NCBI RefSeq assembly: GCF_018350175.1
Contig: NC_058383.1
Coordinates: 23,562,001-23,626,000, forward strand
Length of the DNA stretch: 64,000 nucleotides
Origin: Felis catus
Taxonomy: Eukaryota
Direction: 5' to 3'
In this document: piece after piece, positions 1-11,274 of the stretch
How the letters are laid out: each line of letters opens with the position of its first letter
Numbering within the stretch: position 1 is the stretch's first letter
Notes under the pieces: model-generated
Databases searched by the model: none
Seen by the model: the letters and a program-made list of their open reading frames with translations, nothing else
Told to the model about the DNA's origin: nothing
Translations under genes and position numbers: made by a program

Positions 1-816
1 TCAAAATAAATAAACTTAAAAAGAATAAGTAAATAAATAAATATTAAAAATATGTATCATTTTCATAGACCACCATCCTCATTTTTGCCATCTTTGTGCT
101 GCCTTTACTATTATTTACCTCATAGGATTTTTTTAAACGGACTCTTTTTTTAAACTTAAATGCATTTCAAAAAAGGAAACACCACATCTCTCCCAAACTC
201 ACTCAATAGAATGATGTATCCATTCTATTTTAATAACAGACACTATAAAATAAAATGTGACTATTAAAATGTTTACATGGGTCAACTCCTTTTGGGAAAC
301 ACTGTTGTGCACTAAATGGTCTGATAAGGAAAACTCAAAACCTCACCTGTGTCCCAAGATTTCCTGGGTCTCATCGGTCTTCCTTTGTGATGCTCTTAGA
401 TCACCAACTTTGTTTTTTTGGAAATGTGTCTATTTCTGTTTTTTGTCTCCCGCCCCCTCTCCCAGACTGTGAATTCCTTCAGGGCAGGGGTAGTCCTTTG
501 TCTCTGAACCCAGTGTCCACTGATGCAGAGTAATTATTCACGGGTGTTTATCAGGCCAAATAAATTGAAGCTCCTCAGTACCCCTCATTTCTTAGTACCT
601 ATAAAAGTACAAGCTATAAGGCTCTTCACTTGAACTTTGGAGAAAGGAAGTGAGAAAACCAAGGTCTCCAAGCTCCTGGAGGGGTTGCGAAGGGAGAAGG
701 TGGAAGGAAGACATAAAGAAGGGCCAAGGTCTGAGTCAGGCTCAGTTGGATTCAACTCAACAAATGTCAACTGGCCCTGGACTTCCCCTACTCCCAGGGT
801 GCCAAGAATGCCTCAC

Positions 817-948
817 CAGGCGGTCCTTCTTGTCTTCCAAGAGGCATTTCATGGCGGTGCGGAACTGCTGAGCATCTGTTTCCTTCAGGTCCTCCAGCAG
901 CTTCTGGGGCTGGTACAGACGCTGCTCCAGGTGGTTTTCCATGGCTGC
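817..948 (-). CDS. OTOA: Otoancorin coding exon 7 (AAMENHLEQRLYQPQKLLEDLKETDAQQFRTAMKCLLEDKKDRL); gene continues beyond the left edge
   Basis: 132-nt phase 0/0 exon, AG acceptor at 949-950, GTGAG donor at 816-812; translation matches human otoancorin AAVENHLEQRLYQPQKLLEDLRKTDAQQFRTAMKCLLEDKKDGL. Confidence 0.96.
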
Positions 949-1687
949 CTTGATAGGGAGTGTTGAGAGATACAGTGAGGATGGGACAGGAGCACCTGGT
1001 CAGCACCACGGCCAGCAGCCCAGCCAAGCCACCTACTTCCCGCAGAGACCGACCACAAGCTGGCAGCTTGCAGCCATGTTTGGTTTGGCTGGCTCCAAAA
1101 TTCTTCATTAGCTGCCAACATTTTGAAGTCCAGGGATTCCCCACAAAAATCCAGACTTCCAACTTCTCTTGGAAAACACAAAGATTTGGCAACGCTAGGC
1201 ATGCATCCTCTTCCTGGTGATAATCAGCAAGCCAAGGGCCAGCTGCTCCCTGTAATTACACTCCTGCTCACCACCCACCCAGCCAGCCGATCTCCCCATG
1301 CCCTGCCAGGTTCCTATAGGTGCTTGAGGTTTCAAGTCCAGAGCCGCTGGCCTCTGTCCAGGAAGTTTACCACCCCCAGACTGGCACCGCTCAAACCCTC
1401 TCCCACGCTGCAAGCTATCAGAGAAAAAGCAAAATTCAGGCAGCATGTACAAACTCCCCCTTGGTATCCTTTCTAAAGTGAGAAGCAGAGGTCTGCAGCC
1501 TTTCCTAAAAGAGATTACTCTGCTGTCTGGGGAATTATTTTCTAAATCTCTCTTAAACAAAGGTGCTCTACAAGGGAGCATACTGTGATGTCATGGGCAA
1601 AAGGTGGGCTCTAAAACCAGACAAACCATGTGCACATCCCCACTTTGCCACCAACCAGTTGTGTGGCCTTGGACAAGTTACTTACCT

Positions 1688-1984
1688 AGCATTGGTAGAT
1701 AAAATACAGAATGCCCAGTTAAATTTGAATTGGAGTTAAATAGTGAATAATTTTTGAGCCCAAGTATGTCCCAAATATTGCATGGGACAGACATATACTA
1801 AAAAAAAATTCATTGTTCATCTGCAAATCAAATTTAATGGGGAATACTGTATTTTTTAAAAGTAATCTCTACACCCAACATGGGAATTATACTCACAACC
1901 CCGAACTCAAGAGTTGCATGTACCACCGACTGAGCCAGCCAGGCACTCCAGGAACACTGTATTTTTATTTGCTAAATGAGCAAC
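1688..1984. mobile_element. MER53-like palindromic hAT MITE, split by a short antisense CanSINE (~1853-1950) and inserted in a MIR
   Basis: agataaaatacagaatgcccagttaaatttgaat...gtatgtcccaaatattgcatgggaca...tcaaatttaa...gtatttttatttgctaaat; SINE TSD ggaa(t/c)actgtattttt. Confidence 0.75.
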
Positions 1985-2363
1985 AGTACTTTGGGACCTC
2001 AATTATGTCAGCTGAAAAACAGAGACAATAGAGACTTACTATGTAGGTTTGTTATGAGGATTAAATTAGTGTGTGTAAAGCATTTTCAATATTGGCTAGC
2101 ACACAGTAAGTGGTCAATTTGTGCCACCCATTATTCCCTATCCTGAATGAGTTGAATAATTATTTACTCTGTGACTGTCCCTCTAGAATGAAAGGCCCAT
2201 GTCGGTAGTAATGTGACTGCCTTGTTCTCCTGCGTCTCCAATGTCTAGAACTATGCCTGGAAGAGAATAGAGGCTAGATAAGTAGATGTTGAATGAACAA
2301 GTAAATTTATACATAGCAAGAGAGAGAATATATCTACTGGTCAGGTTAAAATATACACATCTT

Positions 2364-2560
2364 GGGGCATCTGGGTGGCTCAGTTGGTTGAGCATCCAAA
2401 CTCTTGATTTCGGCTCAGGTCATGATCTCACGGTTCTTGCGTTCAAGCCCTGAATCAGGCTCTGCGCAGGCAGTGTGGAGCCTCCTTAGGATTCTCTTTC
2501 TTGCTCTCTTTCTGCCCCTCTCCTGCATGTGTGTGCACACTCTCTCAAAATAAATAAACT
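2364..2560 (+). mobile_element. CanSINE
   Basis: ggggcatctgggtggctcagt head, CT-rich region, A-rich tail. Confidence 0.9.
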
Positions 2561-2563
2561 GTA

Positions 2564-2636
2564 CATATATATATGTATATATAACTGTATATGTATATAT
2601 ATAACTGTATGTATATATAACTGTATATATACATGT

Positions 2637-2679
<43 letters not shown>
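2564..2679. repeat. (TA)-rich compound repeat followed by (CA)n microsatellite
   Basis: Seen directly. Confidence 0.9.
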
Positions 2680-2680
<1 letters not shown>

Positions 2681-2895
2681 CTCATGAGAAAACTTACTAC
2701 TAGCCAGAAAAGAGGCAGGCATTAATTCCCTTCAGGTTGCCACAGACTGATGAACAGAATAAAACAAATGCCATGAAGTCAACAGCCACCTCCAGCTAAT
2801 GGGTGTCCTGGTAACTAGTTAGCAACCAGCTCTCTGAATATAGTTCTCATTGTGAATGTTGGTTGATATTTTCATTTCATTATAAAGTAAATAAG

Positions 2896-3105
2896 GTGTA
2901 CCTGGGTGGCTCAGTGGGGTAAGCGTCTGACTTCAGCTCAGGTCATGATCTCACGGTTCGTGAGTCTGAGCCCCGCATCGGGCTCTGTGCTGACAGCTTA
3001 GAGCCTGGAGGCTGCTTCTGATTCTGTCTCCCTCTCTCTCTGCCCCTCCCCCACTAGTGCTCTGTCTCTCTCTCAAAAATAAACATTAAAAAAATTAAAT
3101 AAAAA
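2896..3105 (+). mobile_element. CanSINE (felid type)
   Basis: Head/body/tail motifs. Confidence 0.9.
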
Positions 3106-3838
3106 GTAAAACAATAAAGACATCAGGACTTCATTCATCAATGACCAAACTTCTTTCCTAAATCAAATAGTTTTTGAATACCAAAAGAATATTTTCTCAA
3201 TTTTGTGTGCCATTCACAGTATAATGGCAAAGATATGACATACCACACTGGGCTGATGCTCATGCTGATGAGGTATGCTGTCCAGTTTGCCACAGTCCCC
3301 ACCATGCCCTACTGCTCTACAAATATCATTACCATCTATTAACATACCTGTGCTTCTGTTTCTCTTACAATAGAGTTAAAAGGGAAGAAAAATATTTCTT
3401 GGACCCATGATCAAGAGACTGATAATTATGCCCAAAGATCCAGTCTCCTGTAATTCCATTTAGCAACAGAATCCCACAAGTTTTAGCTGACTACATGGCT
3501 TCTCAGAAAGGCCTCTCTTCTTACTTCTCTGCAGTAACACATGACTGTGGACTGTGAGCCCTACAGAATGTGAGCAGCACAAAGTGTGCAACTTGCAGCT
3601 CGTGTCCTTGAAAGAGAAGATGCTTGCCCTTCACTTCCTCTTTCCCACCACCCCACCTCCTAGGTCGGAGAATGGATGTGATGTTTGTCATGTGGGCAAC
3701 AACTCCCTAGAGGATGACAAAGCAACAAGACAGAAGGAACCAGGGCCCCTGGATGGTCTTCTGAAATAGAGCTTCCTCTCCTCTCTGGATCTCCCACCTA
3801 GCTTTGAATTATAACACGAGATAGAAAGAAACTAAATT

Positions 3839-3999
3839 GGGGGTGCCTGACTGGCTCCGTAGAGCATGCAACTCCTGAGTTCAGGGTCATGAGTTCAAGT
3901 CCCGTGTTGCACGTAGAGATTACTTTTATAAGTACCGCATGCTAACTGATTGCGCTACCAGAGTGCTGAGATTACTTTTAAAAAATTAAATAAAAAAAA
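3839..3999 (+). mobile_element. Short older CanSINE hosting the tRNA-half insertion
   Basis: ggggtgcctgactggctc...gagttcaagtcccgtgttg...gtagagattacttt + A tail. Confidence 0.8.
3927..3964 (-). pseudogene. Tailless retrocopy of the 5' exon/half of tRNA-Ile(TAT)
   Basis: rc ACTCTGGTAGCGCAATCAGTTAGCATGCGGTACTTATA, 31/38 to recalled mammalian tRNA-Ile-TAT 5' exon GCTCCAGTGGCGCAATCGGTTAGCGCGCGGTACTTATA; direct repeats gagattactttta at 3916-3928 and 3968-3980. Confidence 0.8.
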
Positions 4000-4273
4000 G
4001 AAACAAACAAAACTGTTCACGCTGCTAGAATCGGGGATCTCTTTGTTACAGTAGGTCCGCCCTACACCCTAATACGCCAAGTCTCCATCAAAGGTGGAAG
4101 GGTGGAAAAATACAAAAGTTTCAAAACAACTGGACAGAACATGTTTCTTTGCAGAAGTGAAGACTATCTCCATACCTAGCCCACTTCTCCATCTTACCAG
4201 GCCCTTGAGTTTACAACTCCTGACTGAGCACTGAGAGGTGAATATATGCTAGGGATGAGTCTCAGGTACGCAC

Positions 4274-4361
4274 CTGCAGGCTGGGGATGGTGAAGGCAAC
4301 ATTCCGTGAATTCAGATACTCCAGGACTCTGTGGGACAGGTCCGCTGTCCACCCATGGGAG
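4274..4361 (-). CDS. OTOA: Otoancorin exon 6 ((S)SHGWTADLSHRVLEYLNSRNVAFTIPSLQ)
   Basis: 88 nt, AG acceptor 4362-4363, GTGCGT donor 4273-4268; phase fits both neighbours; matches human SSHVWTDDLSHRVLAYLNSRNVAFTIPSLQ. Confidence 0.95.
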
Positions 4362-5040
4362 CTTCATTTGAAGACAGGCAGGAGAAGGTCACAATGATAG
4401 GTTCCCCTGATGAGCAGTTTCCCTACTTGCCAAGAGGCCAGGGGACCAGAGTTAAGAGAGGATGTGGGGAATGGGCCAGGAATGCTAGGAACTTTGTGTT
4501 TGGAGGAGGTAGGAGATTTGTTAACCTGGCACACTGGTGGGGGAGTTTCCAATTCTAAGAATCCTCCTGGATCCCATTGTCTCAAAGACAATTATCAATT
4601 TCTGAGCTATGTGCAATATTCTAATTCCCATAACATTCCACGTGTGTTATCTACACTCCAAACAGACTCACTTGGAAAGATGTCCTTACTATATAAAACT
4701 TAAAGAGCAGAAACAGTGTATACCATGAGAGGTTGGAATAGCACAATTTAAGAGTGTGAACTCAAAACTGGGACTTGAATCCTGGCTCTGTCACTTAATT
4801 GTGTGGTCTTAGGCAGTTTACTGAATTTTCCTTTGTCTCAGTTTCCCTTTCTATGCAATATAGATAAAAATAGTGAGGATTCTACTTGTTCACACATCTT
4901 AAGTGCTTAAAACAGTACCCAACACATAGAAAATGCATAATTTTGTTCATAACATCCAAAAATTGGAAATGACTCAAATGTCCAACAAGTAAAAGGTTAC
5001 ACAAATGTTTTAACATTTGTTAAATGTTATGCTACATCCA

Positions 5041-5174
5041 GGGGCACCTGTGTGGCTTAGTCAGTTGGGCATCCAACTTCAGCTCGGGTCATGATCTCGC
5101 CGCTCGTGGGTTTGAGCCCCATGTTGGGCTCTGTGCTAACAGCTCAGAGCCCGGAGCCTCCTTCTAATTCTGTG

Positions 5175-5211
<37 letters not shown>

Positions 5212-5285
5212 TCCTCTCCCTCTCCCCCTCTCTCACTCATGGTCTCTTTATCTCAAAAATAAATAAACGTTAAAAAAAATTTAGA
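5041..5285 (+). mobile_element. CanSINE
   Basis: Typical motifs; TSD aaatgttatg(c/g)tacatcca. Confidence 0.9.
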
Positions 5286-5455
5286 AATGTTATGGTACAT
5301 CCATTCAATGGAGTGTCACCCAACCATATAAAAGGAATGAGCTGGACTTCAGCTTCCGGCTGTAATGGAGTCATGGGCAGCACATAAATCCTTCTGCCTT
5401 AAACAATTGGTAAATTTTTGTTATTAAATAAGTAGATGAATGAATAAGTGAATAC

Positions 5456-5456
<1 letters not shown>

Positions 5457-5496
<40 letters not shown>
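5457..5496. repeat. (TAGA)n tetranucleotide microsatellite
   Basis: Seen directly. Confidence 0.95.
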
Positions 5497-5497
<1 letters not shown>

Positions 5498-6171
5498 TTT
5501 CGCCTGAAAGAATATATCCAAAACTATCAACTGAAGTTAAAGCTACATTAGGAAGAAGAGTGTTTATGGGCACTCCTCCTCTTTAATATAATTGAGTGCT
5601 CCTGTCATGGGCTCCCAAGCCCCATTTCTTCTCCTTCACAGTACTCATCATATTAGAATTATCTGCTAATATTTGTCTTTTCACAACACTCTCTAGTGCC
5701 CTGTCCCACAACCTCAGTATCTAACACCAGCCCACATGCAGTATAAAACATGACAGGGCAATGCATCCTGGAGCCCCACTGCTGGATGTACAACTCAGCT
5801 CCACCACACTGCCCAGCTACGTGACCTTGATTCACCCTTCCTGTGCCTCCCTTTCACTGCTCTGTCCAATGAGAAACAACAGGACCCTCCCTGGGGGTGC
5901 TTGTGAGGATTGGACATGTTTCTATGCACAAAGCACTAAGAATGTTGTTGCCACATAGTAAACCCTCAATAAAGGTTAGCACTTGTGCCAGAGCAGAGAG
6001 GAATAAAAGTTTGTGAAGCAAACATATCTACTTTCAAACACCTGTGCACTGGTTGCTATGTTTTTTGTAATAAGTATGTAGGTATTACTTTTTACAATTA
6101 ACAGACTTCCATTTAAGAATTTTTATAAAGTATCTATTCCATCCCTTCCCCTCCCCTCTAGGGTGGGTTAC

Positions 6172-6199
6172 CTTTGAAACTGTATGAGATCCAGTAAGG
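6172..6199 (-). CDS. OTOA: Otoancorin micro-exon 5 ((A)LLDLIQFQ(S))
   Basis: 28 nt, TAG acceptor, GTAA donor; in frame with exons 4 and 6. Confidence 0.93.
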
Positions 6200-6315
6200 C
6201 TACATGGGAATAAAATGAAAAGACAACTTTAAAAGAATCATTCCAGAGAGATCACAGGCACATTCTGTCTGAAATTTCTAGAAGCAGCAAAGTGGGGACA
6301 GATTAGGGACATTAC

Positions 6316-6346
6316 CATTCAGATAGCTTCCATCTATTATTTCTTC
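6316..6346 (-). CDS. OTOA: Otoancorin micro-exon 4 (EEIIDGSYLN)
   Basis: 31 nt, TAG acceptor, GTAATG donor; peptide matches the human sequence as recalled. Confidence 0.94.
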
Positions 6347-6437
6347 CTAAAAGGCAAAGAAATAATGTCAAGTAAAACACCCAAAGTTGGCAGTTCCAGT
6401 AAAGGAGAGTTTGATTCAAAGAAAACGGGATACTCAC

Positions 6438-6466
6438 CGCCATTTTTTGCAACAGGGGATACAAAT
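6438..6466 (-). CDS. OTOA: Otoancorin micro-exon 3 ((D)LYPLLQKMA)
   Basis: 29 nt, CAG acceptor, GTGAGT donor; human DLHPLLQNMA. Confidence 0.93.
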
Positions 6467-6659
6467 CTGTAAGAAAGCCATTGGAGGTATAACTAGAACT
6501 GAATGGTATAATCTTCAGAAATATAAACATGGGTTAGGAAAAGAGCCCCCCTACCCAAAAAAAAGAGTCACTCATGAGGGAAAATTTTAGTGAATTTTAA
6601 TTTTACCTGTGCCAATATATGCCCAGTGTGAGAAAACTCTGGTTTGATAAACCCTTTTA

Positions 6660-7710
6660 GGGGAGCCTGGGTGGCTCAGTCAGTTAAGCATCGGACTCTT
6701 GACTTAAGCTTAGGTCATGATCTCATGGTTCATGAGCTCACGCCAAGTCGGGCTCTGAGCTATTAGTGCAGAGCCTGCTTGGGATTGTCTCCCTCTTTCC
6801 CTGACCCTCCCCTGCTTGCTCGCTCTCTCTCTCTCTCTCTCAAAATAAAATATAAACTTTAAAAAAAGAAAAACCCTTTTAGAATAATCCTGAAAATCCT
6901 ACATATATATGTGGATGGACACATACTCACACATATGCACACTTCCCAAAACACTTCACAGTATCATGTACCTACGTTGATCTACCCCCACTACATTCCC
7001 TAAAATGTGTGGAAACTATGACAGATTGTTCCTCCCTCAGGACTTACCCTGCCTGGAATCTGGAACTCTATGACTTGCCATTCCATGGCTCAGAAAAAGG
7101 AACAGGAAAAGAATGTATGCCCTAGGTTCCCGGGACATCCTCCTGTAGTTAATGCAAGCACAGAGGTAATTCAGGTTTGTATTTTTTAAATATAATTAAG
7201 AATGTTCAGAAGACAAAAGGGAAAAACAAATAGATCCAGAATCTCTTGAGGCTCTTTTTAACAAATTTTAGTCGGGGGCCGCCTGGGTGGCTCAGTAGGT
7301 TGAGTGTGCGACTTCAGCTCAGGTCATGATCTCAAAGTTTGTGAGTTCAGTTCGTGAGTTCAAGCCCCCCATCAGGCTCTCTGCTGTCAGTGCAGAGCCC
7401 ACTTTGGATCCTCTATCCCCCTCTCTCTCCGTCCCTCCCCACTCTCAAAAAAACATTAAAATAATAGTAATAATATTAATTAATTAATTAACTAATTTTA
7501 GGGGTGCCTGAGTGGCTCAGTCAGTTGGGCATCTGACTCTTGATTTTGGCTCAGGTCAGGATCTTGTACTTCATGGGTTTGAGCCCAGTGTCGACTCCAC
7601 GCTGGCAGCAAGGAGCCTGCTTGGGATTCTCTCCCTCTCTCTCTCTGCCCCTCCCTCACTCACACTCTCTCAAAATAAACAAATAAACTAAAATAAATAA
7701 AAATAAAATT
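6660..7710 (+). mobile_element. Three CanSINEs flanking the first OTOA coding exon (6660-6875, 7275-7460, 7501-7710)
   Basis: Typical head/body/tail motifs. Confidence 0.88.
7048..7138 (-). CDS. OTOA: Otoancorin first coding exon with signal peptide (MSREPRAYILFLFLFLSHGMASHRVPDSRQ)
   Basis: ATG at 7138-7136 preceded by 4 nt of UTR and a CAG acceptor (AG at 7144-7143); GTAAGT donor 7047-7042; 91 coding nt; hydrophobic signal peptide like human MSQEPTTYSLFLFLFLSHGVSSYTVPNSRQ. Confidence 0.95.
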
Positions 7711-7859
7711 TAAATTCCATGTACCTTGTTCCATCTAAACCCCTATGCTCGTTGAAGACATGATCATCTCTCTCCTTGATGACAACAGTGGCCTGTTTAT
7801 ATTCTTATACCTGCTCCTTTCTCCTCGATGCAGCAGAGGAGTGGCCTCTGTTATATCTG

Positions 7860-8740
7860 ACAAGGGGGTTTATATCTAGACTATAAAGAAGAACGCTTAC
7901 AATTCAGTAACTAGAAGATAAGCCAGAGGGAAGAAAAGATACAAACCTAAACTTCATTTTAAACAACAACAACAAGAAAAGGCCAGTAAACTCATAAAAG
8001 ATGATCAGCATCATTAGTTATCAGGAATATGTAAATTACACTCACAATTAGATACCACTACATAGGGGCGCCTGGCTGGATCAGTCAATAGAGCATGAGA
8101 CTCCTGATCTCGGGGTTGTGAGTTCAAGCCCCATACTGGATGTAGAGATTGCTTAAAAACAAAATCTTAGGAGCTCCTAGGTGGCTCAGTTGGTTAAGCG
8201 ACTGACTTCAGCCTGGGTCACGAACTCTCCGTTCGTGAGTTTGAGCCCCACGCCTGGCTCTGTGTTGACAGCCCAGAGCCTGGAGCCTGCCTCAGATTCT
8301 GTGTCTCCCTCTCTCTCTGCCCCTCCCCTGCTTGAACTCTGTCTCCCTCTCTCTCTCTCTCTCTCAAAAATAAACATTAAAAAAATAAAATATCTCTTTA
8401 AAGATACCACTCCATACACTAGAATGGCTAAAAGCTTAAAAGACTGACAATACCAAGGGTCGATGATGATGGGGCAACCAGAACTCATGCACTGCTAACA
8501 CAGCCACTTTGGAAAACTGTTCAGCAGTGTCTTATAAAGTTAAGCATGCAATACTCTGATCCAGGAATTCCACTGCTAGGTATCTACCCAAGAGAAATTA
8601 AAACTTACGTCTACACAAATACTTGTACAGTTTCATTCATAATAGCCAAAAACTGGAAGCAACCCAAATGTCCAAGCACAGGTGAAACTTTCAACAAATA
8701 CCATTCAGTGGAAAATCACTCACCAATAAGTAGGAAGTTG
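7860..8740 (+). mobile_element. Old L1 (L1M) ORF2-end/3' remnant interrupted by two CanSINEs (8065-8168, 8169-8390)
   Basis: cagccactttggaaaactg...caggaattccactgctaggtatctacccaagagaaattaaaac...aactggaagcaacccaaatgtcc. Confidence 0.75.
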
Positions 8741-8885
8741 GGACTTTTGCTCCCAGGTGGAAGTCATTGGCAGTAGATAAACCCTCCTGCCTTAAATAAT
8801 TCGAAAACCAATTAAAATAATGAAGCAAAGGTTTTCAGACATTGGCCAACAACAAGGGTGAGATCCTGAGAGAAGGGAAACTGAG

Positions 8886-10492
8886 GTTATAAAAAAAAAA
8901 TCAGTCTCTGCCCTGTGTTCCTGGCACAGAGCTCCTAAAACCTTGGTAAATTCCTAAGTGGAAAAAGTCATAGTAGCATCTTTTGTTCCATTGAGGCACC
9001 TTTGGGTGGGCTCCTGGTTGGCTCCTGGCGGGGAACTGGTCACCAGAAAAAAAAAACCAAGCCATGATTAGAAGCTTGGAATTTTCTAGCCCCACCCCCA
9101 TCCTCCAGAGAAGAGAGAAGGGCTGAAAAGGGACTTAATAATTGATGGTGCCTATGTGAGGAAGCCTCCATAAGGTCTCAACAGTAGAGGGTCTGGAAGC
9201 TTTGAGGTTGATGAACACATCCACACCAGGTGGGTGACACATCCCAACTCCACAGGGACAGAAGCTCTTGCTCTTGGGACCCTCCCAGACCTTGTCCTAC
9301 GTATCTCTTCATCTAGCTGTTTATCTGCATCCTTTGTCTGATCTTTCCATAAACTGGTGAAAGTCACTGTTTCCCTGAGTTCTGTGAGCTGCTCTAGCAA
9401 ATTGACCAAACCTGAGGAAGCAGCTGTGGGAACCTCCAATTTGTAGCTGTTCAAACAGGCTTAGTTAGGTTGGGACAGGACGCCTGGAGGCCAGCAACGA
9501 GGAAGTCCTGGCCAGCTATGGGGAAGGTCAGAGCCCCATCCAGGCAGCACTCCACAAGAAACCGGATCCAACCAGACAGGCCCAAGATGGCAGAAGCCAT
9601 GACAGGAAACCCCTGGCCAAATCAGGAAGAAAAAGCGGGAAACCCTGCTTCCCACCCCAAGAAATGAGTATGTCCCCTCCCCCACCACAAATTAGCAACT
9701 GCCAATTGAAGATAGAAACCCAACCCGCCAGCGGTACTGTTCTCTGAGCTTCCCAGCTCTCATTTCTCAGGAGTGTGCTTTCGCCTTAATAAACTTTCCC
9801 GCTTGTGTTGCTCATCTGCCGTGCTGCGTGTCTGTCCCTGAATTCATTCTCATGACAAGAACAAGAACCTCTTTTTTTTCTAAGCTTATTTGTTCATTTC
9901 GAGAGAGCTCGTGCATGCAAAAGTGGGGGAGGGACAGAGAGAGAGAGAATCCCAAGCAGGCTCTGAGCTGTTAGAATGAAGCCCTACCTGGGGCTCCATC
10001 TCAGGAACAATGAGATCACGACCTGAGCCAAAATCAAGGGTCGGATGCTTAACGAACGGAGCCACCCAGGCGTCCCGACAAGACTAGACCCAGGTCTGGC
10101 TGGGCTGACATCCCAGGGGCCCGGGGTCTCCCCAGTTCACCTGGCAATGTAGCCACATCACACAGAAGTTGTAGGTAACCTGGAGACCTACTACGTGCAG
10201 CTGGTATTGAAGTGGAACAGGAGGGGACCACTCTTTTGGGACTGAGCCTTTAACCTGTGGGATAGGACTGTACCTCCAGGTGGATGGTGTCAGAACGGAG
10301 TTAAACTGCAGGACACCCAGCTGGCATTACGGAATCACGTGGTGTAAGGAAAACGTCCGCATCTTTGGTGACCAGAAGCGTCAGAAGTGTTCGTGTCTCG
10401 TGCTTTGTGCGGGTGGTAAAGGAGACACTGGGTTTCGAAGACTCACAAGAAAAAGAACAAAGAAGGAGGTGGAGAACTGGGTTTCCCTACTC
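8886..10492. mobile_element. MER21-like LTR split by a younger solo LTR
   Basis: ttcctggcacagagctcctaaaaccttgg...ggaagcctccataa...cttgggaccctcccagacctt...tttccctgagttctgtgagc / gggactgagcctttaacctgtgggat...tggtgtcagaa...aggacacccagctgg. Confidence 0.75.
9448..10147 (+). mobile_element. ERV solo LTR (family undetermined) containing an antisense CanSINE (~9872-10076)
   Basis: Begins TG; AATAAA at ~9788; flanked by tgtagc at 9442-9447 and 10148-10153; interrupts otherwise contiguous MER21 sequence. Confidence 0.65.
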
Positions 10493-10804
10493 AGGAGTGA
10501 AAACTGAGGTTCCCCCTTATACAAACACAAACACGCTGGGCCCTCGAAGTGCTGCAGGCGGCTGCCTGGAGTCGGCTTCCTTGAAATGGCTCCTAGTGCA
10601 GGAAAGGGGGCCACAGAGGACACTCCAAGGAGCGGGCAGGGGATGCAGGGCCTCCAATTACCTGGCACCAGCTCACAGGTCCACCGACAGTCATGTCATC
10701 TCTCAAATGATCCTCTCCAACAAGGGGTCACCAAACCACACCCCAATTCAAACAAGCTGCCTGGTTTTGCGTGGCTCACAAGCTAAAAGTGGCATTTATA
10801 TATA

Positions 10805-11270
10805 TTTTTTAAATGTTTATTTTTGAGACACAGAGAGAGAGCAAGAGGGGGAGAGGCGGGGGGGGGGGCAGAGGATGTGAAGCAGGCTCTATGCGGACAG
10901 CAGAGAGCCCCTATGTGGGCCTTGAACTCACAAACTGTGAGATCATGACCCAAGCTGAAGTTGGACACTTAACCTACTGAGCCACCCAGGCGCCCCTGGT
11001 GTTTGTATCTTTAAGTAGTGTTTAAAAAAAAACAAATGAGGGGCGCCTGGGTAGCTCAGTCAATTAAGCAATTGACTTCGGCTCAGGTCATGATCTCATG
11101 GTTTGTGGGTTCAAGCCCCACATCAGGCTCTGTGCTGACAGCTCGGAGCCTGGAGCCTCCTTCGGATTCTGTGTCTCCCTCTCTCTCTGCCCCTCCCCCA
11201 CTTGTGCTCGCTCTCTCTCTCTCTCTCTCAAAAATAAATAAAATATAAAACAAAAATTAAAAAAAAAAAC
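10805..11270. mobile_element. Head-to-head CanSINE pair (10805-10996 -, 11040-11270 +)
   Basis: Typical motifs on opposite strands. Confidence 0.9.
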
Positions 11271-11274
11271 AAAA

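Noticed and set aside
637..1220. Plus-strand ORFs overlapping OTOA exon 7
   Set aside because: Antisense shadows of the real minus-strand exon and GC-rich intron
10365..10826. 153-aa ORF, the longest in the track, containing gaagactcacaa similar to IGSF6 exon 4
   Set aside because: Spans an LTR end and a SINE tail; the 12-nt match is compatible with chance
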